64,000 bases of DNA from an uncultured archaeon (GTDB lineage: Archaea > Nanobdellota > Nanobdellia > Pacearchaeales > GW2011-AR1): positions 248,693-312,692 of the forward strand of contig CABMGO010000005.1 in NCBI GenBank assembly GCA_902385655.1. The letters run 5' to 3'. Positions 44,888 through 54,127 of the stretch are shown here, piece after piece. Under the pieces are notes generated by a model. It saw only the letters and a program-made list of their open reading frames with translations, had not been told where the DNA came from and ran no database searches. A program made the position numbers and the translations under genes. Every line of letters starts with the position of its first letter. Within the stretch, counting starts at the first letter, position 1.

Positions 44888-45070
44888 AACCCGAATAAAC
44901 CGTTTCTCTTTAAAAGCATTCTTATTTTTTAGAATAACTTTTGAAGAATAACAATTATATTTTTAAACAACCGAATATAGAGATATTTAACCGAAGGTTA
45001 AACTATGCCGAGTGCAACGGACTATCTCAAGGGAAATGGTGTCCCTAGAAACCGTTAGGTGTCTAAGACT

Positions 45071-46324
45071 ATGTTTGAATTCCTTAAAGACAAGCTAAAA
45101 AATTGGAAAGACAAAATAAAAGAAGAATTTACAGAGCCAGAAATAAAAGTAAAAAAACTCTCTGAAATTAAAAAGAAAAAATCTTCTAAAGTTAAAACCA
45201 GTAAATCTTCTAAGAAAACTCCAAAAAAGGCTAAGAAAGAGGCCCAGCAAGGTCATCCCATAGGGAAAACAATAGAGATTGACAAAGAAATAATAGAGAA
45301 AGCAGAAATCCGACCAGAAGAAAATAAAAAAGGTTTTTTCTCAAAATTATTTTCACATAAAACTGAAGAACAAAAAACTTCTGAAAAAATACTAGAAGAC
45401 ATTAAACAAGAGGGAGAAGAAATAAAATCTCCTGAAGAACGAGTAGAAGAATTAGAGAAAGAAAATCAAGGATTTTTTGAAAGATTCAAGAAAAAAATAA
45501 CTGAAGAAAAGTTCGAAGAGCTCTTCCAAGAACTTGAAATGACCATGCTCCAGAATAATGTTGCTTACGGAGCAGTTCAGGAAATAAAGAAAAAATTATC
45601 TTCAGAATTAATTGGAAAAAATCTTTCCGAAGTTTCAATTGAAGAAAAACTAAAAGAAGCAATTTCGGGAATTTTAATGAATCCGCCAAATTTAATAAAA
45701 CAAATAAAAGAAAAATTAAAAGAAAAAAGCCCCTATGTAATTGTTTTTGTGGGAATAAATGGTTCGGGAAAAACCACTTCCATCGCAAAAGTCGCACATT
45801 TACTAAAAAAAGAAAAACTATCTGTATGCATTGGAGCAGCAGACACATTCAGAGCAGCAGCAATAGAGCAACTTGAAACTCATGCAAACAAAATTGGAGT
45901 TCCGATAATAAAAAAAGATTATGGATCTGATCCTGCAGCAGTAGGATTTGAAGCAATTGCATATGCAAAAAAGCACAAACTAGATGTTGTTTTAATTGAC
46001 ACTGCAGGAAGAATGAATACCAAAGAAAGTTTAATGAAAGAAATGGAAAAAATAATCCGAGTATGTAATCCTGATCTAAAAATATTTTTAGGAGAGAGCA
46101 TAACTGGAAATGATGCAACGGAACAAGCAAGTTCTTTCAACCAACATATTTCTATCGACGGAATAATACTAAGCAAGGCAGATGTAGATGAAAAAGGTGG
46201 AACCGCACTTTCAGTTTCATTCGTTACAAAAAAACCAATTTATTTCTTAGGCACTGGCCAGTCTTACGACGATCTCGAAGTTTTCGATAAGGATAAAGTA
46301 ATCAAAAGTTTGGGGCTAGAATAA
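45071..46324 (+). CDS. ftsY: signal recognition particle receptor FtsY with R1 insert EAQQGHPIGK
   Basis: GINGSGKTTSIAKVA, DTFRAAAIEQL, DTAGRMNTKE. Confidence 0.93.
   Translation: MFEFLKDKLKNWKDKIKEEFTEPEIKVKKLSEIKKKKSSKVKTSKSSKKTPKKAKKEAQQGHPIGKTIEIDKEIIEKAEIRPEENKKGFFSKLFSHKTEEQKTSEKILEDIKQEGEEIKSPEERVEELEKENQGFFERFKKKITEEKFEELFQELEMTMLQNNVAYGAVQEIKKKLSSELIGKNLSEVSIEEKLKEAISGILMNPPNLIKQIKEKLKEKSPYVIVFVGINGSGKTTSIAKVAHLLKKEKLSVCIGAADTFRAAAIEQLETHANKIGVPIIKKDYGSDPAAVGFEAIAYAKKHKLDVVLIDTAGRMNTKESLMKEMEKIIRVCNPDLKIFLGESITGNDATEQASSFNQHISIDGIILSKADVDEKGGTALSVSFVTKKPIYFLGTGQSYDDLEVFDKDKVIKSLGLE
45239..45268 (+). repeat. R1 copy in FtsY (EAQQGHPIGK)
   Basis: gaggcccagcaaggtcatcccatagggaaa. Confidence 0.85.
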
Positions 46325-46635
46325 TTTTCAAAAATAAATCAGAATAAAAGAGCACCCGGAGAAAAAATTTTGTATTAATTGAAATGTATGACTTAAGAAA
46401 ATAAAATTAATCACGAAGAAATTTTTCAGCTTTCCCAAAGAGCTGGGAAATTCAAATAAAAACAAGGGTGGGTTTGCGTTTGAAGAACGCATAAAGTGGG
46501 AAATTAGAAAGCCGAAAAATTTCGACCTAGTCAAAACCGCACACGCTCGCGTGATAAAATTAGATAAAATTTAAATTTAACCTCGACAAAAAGCCTTATA
46601 AAACCAAGAAGCTAGATAATATAAAAGAAGTGAAG

Positions 46636-47109
46636 ATGGGTAAGAATATATTTGTACCTGGAAAGATAACAACATATACTTTTTGTATAATTTTGCTAGC
46701 AGTTTTAATACAAGGAATGATCTTATCTCCCTTCAAATCTCTCGGAACTTTAACCTCGGGAGAAATGACTTTTAAATTAGGTTATCCGTATACTTTTTTT
46801 GAGCTTAACTCATTAAATCCGGACTCAAATCCCTTTGTTTGGCAAGCAGTATTAAAAGACATAGTAATTTACCTTCTTTTAGCGTATGTTATTGAGATTA
46901 TTTTAAAATTAATAATGCTTCCATTTTCAAAAAAGAAACCTGAAGAAACAGCAAATATCAGTAAAGAAAGTTTGGAAATAATGAAACAGGGAAAAATCGC
47001 ATATGATTACTACAGGTTACAAGGTATATCTGAACAAAACCTTATTGAAATGTTCAAAAACAAAGGTTGGACAGAAGAAGGTATAGCAAAACTAAAAGAA
47101 ATGAAATAA
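46636..47109 (+). CDS. hypothetical membrane protein with C-terminal SHOCT-like helix
   Basis: ORF track. Confidence 0.55.
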   Translation: MGKNIFVPGKITTYTFCIILLAVLIQGMILSPFKSLGTLTSGEMTFKLGYPYTFFELNSLNPDSNPFVWQAVLKDIVIYLLLAYVIEIILKLIMLPFSKKKPEETANISKESLEIMKQGKIAYDYYRLQGISEQNLIEMFKNKGWTEEGIAKLKEMK

Positions 47110-47162
47110 GCTATAATCTCTAGAACCCAAAACTTATTAACTCGTATTTTACTGCTAATTCT

Positions 47163-48533
47163 ATGCTAGACAAGATCTCAGATGCACTGAAAAATGGAAT
47201 GAAAAAGATCTCAAATGCGATCTTTGTAGATAAAAAACTCATAGATTCTGTCATCAAAGACTTACAAAGAGCACTTATTGAAGCAGACGTAAATGTTGAA
47301 CTCGTATTTGACTTAAGCAAAAAAATTAGAGAAATTGCAATTGACGAATCTGTCAAGGGAGTTGAGAAAAAAGAACAGCTAGTCAAATTAATCCATGACC
47401 AAGTAGAGTTTTTAATTGGAAAAGGTAAAGAACTAAAATTAGAAAAGAAAACAACAATTCTTCTTCTAGGTTTATATGGTTCTGGTAAAACAACAACAAT
47501 TTCTAAACTCGGGTTTTATTATGCAAAAAGAGGAAGAAAAGTTTGTGCACTGGGTTTAGATACCCAAAGACCTGCAGCTATGCAACAGCTCAAAGACATG
47601 TGCGATAAAGCAAAAATTCCAGCTTTCATAAATGAAAAAGAAAAAGATCCGCTAAAAATAATAAAACAATATCAAGAGAAGCTAGAAGAATATGATTTAG
47701 TTCTTGTAGACACAGCAGGAAGAGACACATTAAAAGACGATTTGATAGACGAAATAAAATCAATCGAGAAAAAAATAAAACCAACATACAGAATCTTAAT
47801 CATTCCAGCAGATATCGGACAAGCCGCAAAAAAACAAGCATCTGAATTCCAAAAAGCACTTTCTATCGACGGAGTAATAATCACAAGAATGGATGGAACT
47901 GCTAGAGCTGGCGGAGCATTAACTGCCTGTGCAGAAACAAAAGCGCCGGTATTTTTTATTGGAACTGGAGAAAAAATAAATGAACTAGAAACATTCGATT
48001 CAACAGCATTTATTTCAAGACTTTTAGGAATGGGAGACTTAGAAGGTCTTTTGGAAAAAGTTCGTTCAGCAGTTGATGAAAAACAACAAGAAAAGATAGA
48101 ACAAAGATTGAAAGAAGGAAAATTCACACTTCATGATTTATATTCTCAGCTTGAATCAATGGGACAGCTAGGAAGCATGGACAAATTAATGAGCATGATT
48201 CCAGGATTTGGAAACGCAGCAGCCAAACTTCCAAAAGAAGCGCTTGCAAAACAAGAAGAAAAAATGAAACACTGGAAATATGCAATTCAATCTATGACAA
48301 AAGAAGAAGTAGAAAATCCAGAACTTTTTGATAAGCAAACTTCAAGAATCCAAAGAGTTTCAAAAGGCTCAGGAACGACAACAGGAGAAATCAGAGAACT
48401 TTTGAAGCAATATAAAATGATAAATGATCTAATGAAATCTCAAGCATCAATGGAAGGACTTCAAGAAGGAAAAATAGACAAGAAGACCATGATGAAAATG
48501 GCTAGAAAGTTTAGAGGAAAGATAAAGTTGTAA
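47163..48533 (+). CDS. srp54: signal recognition particle 54 kDa protein
   Basis: GLYGSGKTTTISKLGFYYAKRG; LGMGDLEGLLEKV; M-domain. Confidence 0.95.
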   Translation: MLDKISDALKNGMKKISNAIFVDKKLIDSVIKDLQRALIEADVNVELVFDLSKKIREIAIDESVKGVEKKEQLVKLIHDQVEFLIGKGKELKLEKKTTILLLGLYGSGKTTTISKLGFYYAKRGRKVCALGLDTQRPAAMQQLKDMCDKAKIPAFINEKEKDPLKIIKQYQEKLEEYDLVLVDTAGRDTLKDDLIDEIKSIEKKIKPTYRILIIPADIGQAAKKQASEFQKALSIDGVIITRMDGTARAGGALTACAETKAPVFFIGTGEKINELETFDSTAFISRLLGMGDLEGLLEKVRSAVDEKQQEKIEQRLKEGKFTLHDLYSQLESMGQLGSMDKLMSMIPGFGNAAAKLPKEALAKQEEKMKHWKYAIQSMTKEEVENPELFDKQTSRIQRVSKGSGTTTGEIRELLKQYKMINDLMKSQASMEGLQEGKIDKKTMMKMARKFRGKIKL

Positions 48534-48534
48534 A

Positions 48535-48876
48535 ATGAGAAAAGAGAGTTTGGTACTCATCCACACATTGTTGGTTATACTAGTCTGGCTTTCCCCATTT
48601 TGGCTTGATTGGAAAATAATTTTAGCAGGAATATTTTTATTAATATTACAAGAGATTGTCTTTAAAGGATGCATATTAACAAACCTTCAGTTCTCTAAAA
48701 AAATTAATAAAAAAGTTGAAGATACTATGTACTCTTATTACTTAGAAAAATTAGGATTAAAACCAAACAAAAGAAAAATAAGATTTTTAGCAAGAAATAT
48801 CTTCCCATGGATAATATTTATTATATCTATTCTCTGGCAAATTTTATTAAATAACTCTGTCTTATTTAAGATATAA
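48535..48876 (+). CDS. small membrane protein
   Basis: ORF track. Confidence 0.5.
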   Translation: MRKESLVLIHTLLVILVWLSPFWLDWKIILAGIFLLILQEIVFKGCILTNLQFSKKINKKVEDTMYSYYLEKLGLKPNKRKIRFLARNIFPWIIFIISILWQILLNNSVLFKI

Positions 48877-48894
48877 TTTCAAAAAGATAAAAAG

Positions 48895-49045
48895 TATAAA
48901 ATTGATAAGAAACCTTCCGCATTTAACAACCTCGCAATCGATTTGCGCAATATATAATTGAAGCAGAGCTTCAACAATTTCCTAAGAAAACTGGGTTACC
49001 TAACTTAGAAATTTTCGACCTGAACTTAATCGCTCGCGCTTCGCG
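48895..49045. repeat. R4 copy
   Basis: cctcgcaatcgatttgcg…gcttcaacaatttcctaa…ctgggttacctaac. Confidence 0.65.
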
Positions 49046-49102
49046 CTCGCGTAACTTCCGAAAATCAATAAATATAAATAATAATCCAATCAAAATACAA
49101 TT

Positions 49103-49711
49103 ATGGTAAAAATACTCGCACAAGGAGCAGAAGCAATAATCGAATTAGAAAAAGGAATAGTTATCAAGAAACGAATTCCAAAATCTTATCGACTTAAAGA
49201 ACTAGATGAAAAAATAAGAGAATCAAGAACAAGAAAAGAAACAAAAATTTTAGAAAAAGCGCATAAAATAATTAATGTTCCAGAAGTTTTAAAGAAAAAA
49301 GAATATGAAATCGACCTAGAATATATAGAAGGCGACAAACTAGCTGAAAAGTTAAACTCATATCCACTCGAAAAACAATTAAAAGTTATGGAAAATTTAG
49401 GCGAAGAAGTCGCAAAACTTCACGCAAATGATATAATTCACGGGGACCTCACAACCTCAAATACAATACTCAAAGAAAGTAAAGTATTCATAATCGATTT
49501 TGGCTTAGGGTTTATATCGAAAAGAACCGAAGACAAAGCAGTAGACCTGCACCTAATCAAACAAGCACTCGAAGCAAAACATTTCCAAAACTATGAGAAA
49601 CTTTTCCACCATTTTAAAGAAGGATACAAAAAAGACTTCAAAGAAGCCGAAGCAGTTCTAGAACGATTCAAAAAAGTAGAAGCTAGAGGTCGATATAAAC
49701 ACGCAGGATAA
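49103..49711 (+). CDS. bud32: Kae1-associated kinase Bud32
   Basis: GAEAIIELEKG…IIHGDLTTSNTIL…IIDFGLGF. Confidence 0.9.
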   Translation: MVKILAQGAEAIIELEKGIVIKKRIPKSYRLKELDEKIRESRTRKETKILEKAHKIINVPEVLKKKEYEIDLEYIEGDKLAEKLNSYPLEKQLKVMENLGEEVAKLHANDIIHGDLTTSNTILKESKVFIIDFGLGFISKRTEDKAVDLHLIKQALEAKHFQNYEKLFHHFKEGYKKDFKEAEAVLERFKKVEARGRYKHAG

Positions 49712-49723
49712 TCTTGAAAATAT

Positions 49724-49818
49724 GAAAATTTTTGCATTAATTGAAACGGATAACTATCGAAATTAGGGGCGGGCACCAAAACGTAATTTTGGTTCGGGGG
49801 AAATTATGCAAAAATTTC
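49724..49818. repeat. R3 copy with different internal hairpin (ACCAAAAcgtaaTTTTGGT)
   Basis: Comparison. Confidence 0.8.
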
Positions 49819-49858
49819 CTCTAAAAAACTTTATAAAGCATGATTTTATCAAATTCTT

Positions 49859-50242
49859 ATGGCTTACAAAATAAACGTATCACACAAAGGAAAAGCAGTA
49901 AAGTTCGAAACAGATAATGAAGAATTACTTGGAGTTATAATTGGTTCAGACATAGACGGTAAATTAATCTCTGCTGACTTAGAAGGCTACACATTGACAG
50001 TTACAGGAACATCAGATATTGCAGGTTTCCCAGGACTTCCAGACGTAAAAGGTCCAGCACTTAGAGGAGTAATCTTATCTAAAGGAAGAGGAATGCAAGA
50101 TAACACTGAAGGAATAAGAAAAAGAAAAAAAGTCCGAGGAAATGAAATTTCTGCTGAAACAGTTCAAATTAACTTAAAAGTTAAGAAAGAAGGAACAAAG
50201 AAGTTTGAAGAAATGGTGCCTGCAAAAGAAGAGAAGAAATAA
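49859..50242 (+). CDS. rps6e: ribosomal protein S6e
   Basis: GTSDIAGFPGLPDVKGPALRGVILSKGRGM…GIRKRKKVRGNEIS. Confidence 0.88.
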   Translation: MAYKINVSHKGKAVKFETDNEELLGVIIGSDIDGKLISADLEGYTLTVTGTSDIAGFPGLPDVKGPALRGVILSKGRGMQDNTEGIRKRKKVRGNEISAETVQINLKVKKEGTKKFEEMVPAKEEKK

Positions 50243-50289
50243 TTCTGATTAATACGAATGATTAAAAACCAGTCCTAAGTCAAATAGTA

Positions 50290-50934
50290 ATGTTAAGCGA
50301 AGAGTTTTTTGAAAAATTAAAACAATCAATCCTGCCACATTTTGAAGAAACTGGAGGCCACGAAATTGAGCATACAGAAAGAGTTTACAGGTTGTGCTTG
50401 ACGATTGCAAAAACAGAAAAAATAGATTTAGACATTATCAGGGCCGCAGCATTGCTTCATGATATAGCAAGAAAAAAACAAGAAGAGATGAATAATACAA
50501 TATGTCATGCAGATGAAGGAGCCAAGATGGCTAGAGAACTCCTTACAGAAGTAGAATTTCCAAAAGAAAAAATAGATGAAGTGAGTTATGCCATAAAAGT
50601 ACACAGATATTCTACAAAGATCAAACCAGACACAAAAGAGGCACAAATTCTCCAAGATGCAGACAGACTGGATTCTCTTGGTGCAACAATAATTGCTCGA
50701 TGCTTTGCTTTTAATGGAAAAAGAAATATCAGAACGTATGATCCCCTGATTCCGCCAAATAAAGACCATAAGGATAAACAAACAACAGCAGTCAACTTTT
50801 TTTATGAGAAAATTTTAAAACTGAAACCTGAGACATTCAACACAAAGAAAGGGATAGAAATTGCCAAATTAAGATATGATTTTGTTCAAGAATTTTTAGA
50901 AAGATTCATCAAGGAATGGAAAGGCGAGGAATAA
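50290..50934 (+). CDS. HD-domain phosphohydrolase
   Basis: GGHEIEHTERVYRLCL…AALLHDIARKKQ. Confidence 0.85.
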   Translation: MLSEEFFEKLKQSILPHFEETGGHEIEHTERVYRLCLTIAKTEKIDLDIIRAAALLHDIARKKQEEMNNTICHADEGAKMARELLTEVEFPKEKIDEVSYAIKVHRYSTKIKPDTKEAQILQDADRLDSLGATIIARCFAFNGKRNIRTYDPLIPPNKDHKDKQTTAVNFFYEKILKLKPETFNTKKGIEIAKLRYDFVQEFLERFIKEWKGEE

Positions 50935-50968
50935 CTAAACTTAAAAACTCATTTTCTATCGTAATTTT

Positions 50969-52162
50969 ATGGAAAGTTTACCAACAATAAATGTCGGAAT
51001 TGTAGGGCATATCGATCATGGTAAGACCACTCTTCTTTACAAACTCTCCGGAAAATGGACTGACACACACTCCGAGGAATTAAAGAGAGGAATCACGATC
51101 AAACTAGGTTATGCAGACTCAATAGTAAAAATTGGAGAAGATGGAAAATATACAACGAAAAAAGACGCAGTAGGAAAACCAGTCAGATATATAACTTTTG
51201 TAGACGCACCAGGACACGAAATGCTTATGGCAACAATGTTATCCGGAGCAGCAATCATGGACGCTGCAATTCTAGTAGTAGCTGCAAATGAAGGTATCAA
51301 ACCACAAACAAAGGAACATCTAGTAGCACTTCAAGCAAAAAAAATCAAAAATATAATTGTAGTTCAAAATAAAATTGACCTAGTTACTCAAGAACAAGCA
51401 ATTGAGAATTACAAAAAAATAAAAGAATTTCTTAAAGGAACAATTGCTGAAAATGCACCAGTCATTCCAGTTTCCGCACAACAAGAGATCAATCTAGATA
51501 AAATATTAGAACAACTTTGCAAAATCGAAATACCTTCGAGAAACACAACAGACAAACCAGTATTTCTAATTGCAAGAAGTTTTGACATAAATAAACCTGG
51601 AACAGAGCTTTCCAAATTACATGGAGGAGTTCTGGGAGGAGCGTTAAAACAAGGAAAAATAAAAGTAGGAGATGAATTAGAAATCAAACCAGGCTATAGT
51701 TACAAAAAACAAAACCAATTCTATTATCAAACGGTAAAAACAAAAATAGTTTCTATTCAACAAGGAGACAATAAAATCGAAGAGGCAATACCTGGAGGAA
51801 GTCTTGCAATTGAAACTGAATTGGATCCTTCATTAACGAAAGCAGATGCGTTGTCAGGCTGTATTGCTTCAACATCCGGCGCACTACCTGAAATTACTTC
51901 TGAAATAAAACTAAAATTCAATTTATTCAAGGAAGTTTTAGGAACAGAAACAAATGACAAAGTAGCTGAACTAAAAACAATGGAAATGTTAATGTTAAGT
52001 ATAAACACTTCAACAACAGTTGGAACAGTTAAAAAAGTAAAAGGAAATGAAGCTGAGCTTTCTCTAAAGATTCCAATTGTTCCTCTAAAAGGAGATTCTA
52101 TCGGACTTGCAAGAAATATCGGGGGCCACTGGCGATTAATCGGGATGGCTGAAATTGTCTAA
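50969..52162 (+). CDS. eif2g: translation initiation factor 2 gamma subunit
   Basis: VGIVGHIDHGKTTLLYKLSGKWTDTHSEELKRGITIKLGYAD. Confidence 0.95.
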   Translation: MESLPTINVGIVGHIDHGKTTLLYKLSGKWTDTHSEELKRGITIKLGYADSIVKIGEDGKYTTKKDAVGKPVRYITFVDAPGHEMLMATMLSGAAIMDAAILVVAANEGIKPQTKEHLVALQAKKIKNIIVVQNKIDLVTQEQAIENYKKIKEFLKGTIAENAPVIPVSAQQEINLDKILEQLCKIEIPSRNTTDKPVFLIARSFDINKPGTELSKLHGGVLGGALKQGKIKVGDELEIKPGYSYKKQNQFYYQTVKTKIVSIQQGDNKIEEAIPGGSLAIETELDPSLTKADALSGCIASTSGALPEITSEIKLKFNLFKEVLGTETNDKVAELKTMEMLMLSINTSTTVGTVKKVKGNEAELSLKIPIVPLKGDSIGLARNIGGHWRLIGMAEIV

Positions 52163-52335
52163 TTAGAACTAAATTAGAAACTCTACTTAAGGCAGAAATT
52201 TCATAGGGATTTGTTAAGATGATAAATAAATCAAAAATGAACATTTTAACGAATCGAGTTGAAATTATTTAGTTTTATAAAAAAATTCCAAACACTTTTA
52301 AATCATCTAAATTTAAGATTTTCATAGTAAAGGAT

Positions 52336-52408
52336 AGCCCTATAGTGTAGCGGTCAAGCATACAGGCCTTTGACGCCTGTGACCCCGGTTCGAATCCGGG
52401 TGGGGCTA
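52336..52408 (+). tRNA. tRNA-Gln(TTG)
   Basis: AGCCCTA…CAGGC CTTTGAC GCCTG…CCCGG TTCGAAT CCGGG TGGGGCT. Confidence 0.85.
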
Positions 52409-52480
52409 TTGCAGATTGAACAAAGTGAAATCTGCTATCACCAGGATACTTGTAAAAATCGCAATTTTTATCGCGAATCC

Positions 52481-52558
52481 TGAGAAATTCGCTCCGAGCT
52501 AAACAAAAAATAGAATAAGTATTTAGCGAGGTGCAAATTTTGAGCAAGGTGGGGCTAT
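52481..52558. repeat. R5 copy followed by tRNA-Gln 3' end copy (aggtggggctat)
   Basis: …cgaatcctgag AAATTCGCTCCGAGC…GCGAGGTGCAAATTTTGAGCA aggtggggctat. Confidence 0.75.
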
Positions 52559-52591
52559 CTAAGCGGAAAAAAGAGTTCTGATAAAATAATA

Positions 52592-53164
52592 ATGGAAACA
52601 AATGAAACAAGATTAGAATGCAGAGTTACAGAAGATAGATTCTACTTTATGGATAAAAGCCTAGATACTACTTTAGGTCATTTAGACACGGGCGATGCAG
52701 AAGATTTTAAAGACAGTTTAGAAGAAATAAGAGCATTAATCGAAGCAAACCCCTTTTATGAAAAAATTAAATTTCTCTTAAAAAACAAGGATCTGCAAAA
52801 AAGAAAAGTAAAAAATATGCATGACGAAATAAGATCTCCAAATTGTATTGGAACAGCACTTTGGATTATTGGAAAAAGTCAACTAGATTATCCTTATCAT
52901 GGATATGACGAGTGTTTAGCAAGATTACTTGGTTGGAAAGAATTAAAGAATGACTATTGGGGAAAAAAATTTTCTAAAGAACAAGCAACTCCAGGCGCAT
53001 TAGTAATTTCGTGTTATGATGGAGACTGGCATGCAGGAGTTTATCTAGGAAAGGTAAAAAACAAACATATAACTTTCTGCAAACAAGGATACTCATACTC
53101 TCCGTTCGGCCCTGCCTCTTTTAGATATTATGCAAGACCAGTAGATTATCCTCTCGGACTATAA
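52592..53164 (+). CDS. NlpC/P60-like or CHAP-like putative cysteine hydrolase
   Basis: SPNCIGTALWIIG…TPGALVISCYDGDWHAGVYLGKV…KQGYSYSPFGPASFRYYA. Confidence 0.45.
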   Translation: METNETRLECRVTEDRFYFMDKSLDTTLGHLDTGDAEDFKDSLEEIRALIEANPFYEKIKFLLKNKDLQKRKVKNMHDEIRSPNCIGTALWIIGKSQLDYPYHGYDECLARLLGWKELKNDYWGKKFSKEQATPGALVISCYDGDWHAGVYLGKVKNKHITFCKQGYSYSPFGPASFRYYARPVDYPLGL

Positions 53165-53180
53165 TAATTTAAAAATAAAA

Positions 53181-53327
53181 TTAAATTTTAATATCTGCAT
53201 CTTTCAAATTCTCATCATGTTGATCCATATCTCCAGACATTAAACAATCAAAGCAAGTTGTAACACTGCCATCCTGTTTTTTAAAAAAACCTTTCCCATG
53301 ACACTTTGGACAATTTGGATTTGCCAT
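53181..53327 (-). CDS. 48-aa zinc-ribbon protein MANPNCPKCHGKGFFKKQDGSVTTCFDCLMSGDMDQHDENLKDADIKI
   Basis: Translated by eye; two CxxC. Confidence 0.6.
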   Translation of the reverse strand: MANPNCPKCHGKGFFKKQDGSVTTCFDCLMSGDMDQHDENLKDADIKI

Positions 53328-53440
53328 TTTGCGATATTTTTCGAAAATTTATTTGAGAAAAATATCGCAAGGTAACAAGCTTTCGTCGAAGACGAATGAA
53401 GTGACCGCGTCACTACTTGTCGCGTTACCGCTATCGACTC
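53325..53440 (-). repeat. R6 copy at start codon of zinc-ribbon gene
   Basis: GGTAAC…tttcgtcgaagacgaatgaagtgaccgcgtcactac…GTTACCgctatcg. Confidence 0.75.
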
Positions 53441-53626
53441 GGAACTTCGAATCTTATTCGAACATTGTTCCGAAGTCCACCGAAGCGAAAATCCTCAGAA
53501 TAAACTTCTGATATAAAATACATCAAAAAAGATTATATAAACTTATATGTAGACGAGTGTATACGAAAAAATAGTCTATACTCTCCTTGCCCAAACCTTT
53601 AAAAAGCGTTCTTCATAGCAAATTGT

Positions 53627-53986
53627 ATGGTAAAAGCAAAAGCAGCAGATAAATATTCAAAACCGACTTGGTTGAAAATGTCTGAAGAGGATCTAGCAAA
53701 GCTCATCGCAACACTTGCAGAAAAATATCAACCAGCACAAATAGGACTAATTTTAAGAGACCAATATGGAGTTCCGACAACAAAAGTATATGGTAAAAAG
53801 TTGGGTCAATATCTCAAAGAAATGGGAAAGAAAGTAGATTCTGATCTGAAAAATGTAGAAAAGAAAGTAGAAAACATGAATGAGCACTTAAAGAAACACA
53901 TTACTGATAAAAGATCCAAACATATGTTACAAAAGTCAGTTTCCAGACTTAAAGCAATGAGAACATATTCTGCTAAAAGAAAATAA
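53627..53986 (+). CDS. rps15: ribosomal protein S15
   Basis: KPTWLKMSEEDLAKLIATLAEKYQPAQIGLILRDQYGVP. Confidence 0.92.
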   Translation: MVKAKAADKYSKPTWLKMSEEDLAKLIATLAEKYQPAQIGLILRDQYGVPTTKVYGKKLGQYLKEMGKKVDSDLKNVEKKVENMNEHLKKHITDKRSKHMLQKSVSRLKAMRTYSAKRK

Positions 53987-54127
53987 AAAAAATATCCGTC
54001 GACAAATATTCTTTTTAAAAAAGACAACCAGTTTTATTTAAAAATCTTAGGTGTTATTAAAAAATGATAAAAATTTACAATAAACCTTAAAAAGAGATTT
54101 TATTTTTTTAGAAGTAAGGGTGATGCT

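Noticed and set aside
45486-45848. Antisense ORFs over ftsY, srp54, RPA, eIF2gamma, copA and glyS-region genes in the ORF track
   Set aside because: Fully antisense to well-supported genes with hydrophobic/low-complexity translation typical of AT-rich shadow ORFs.
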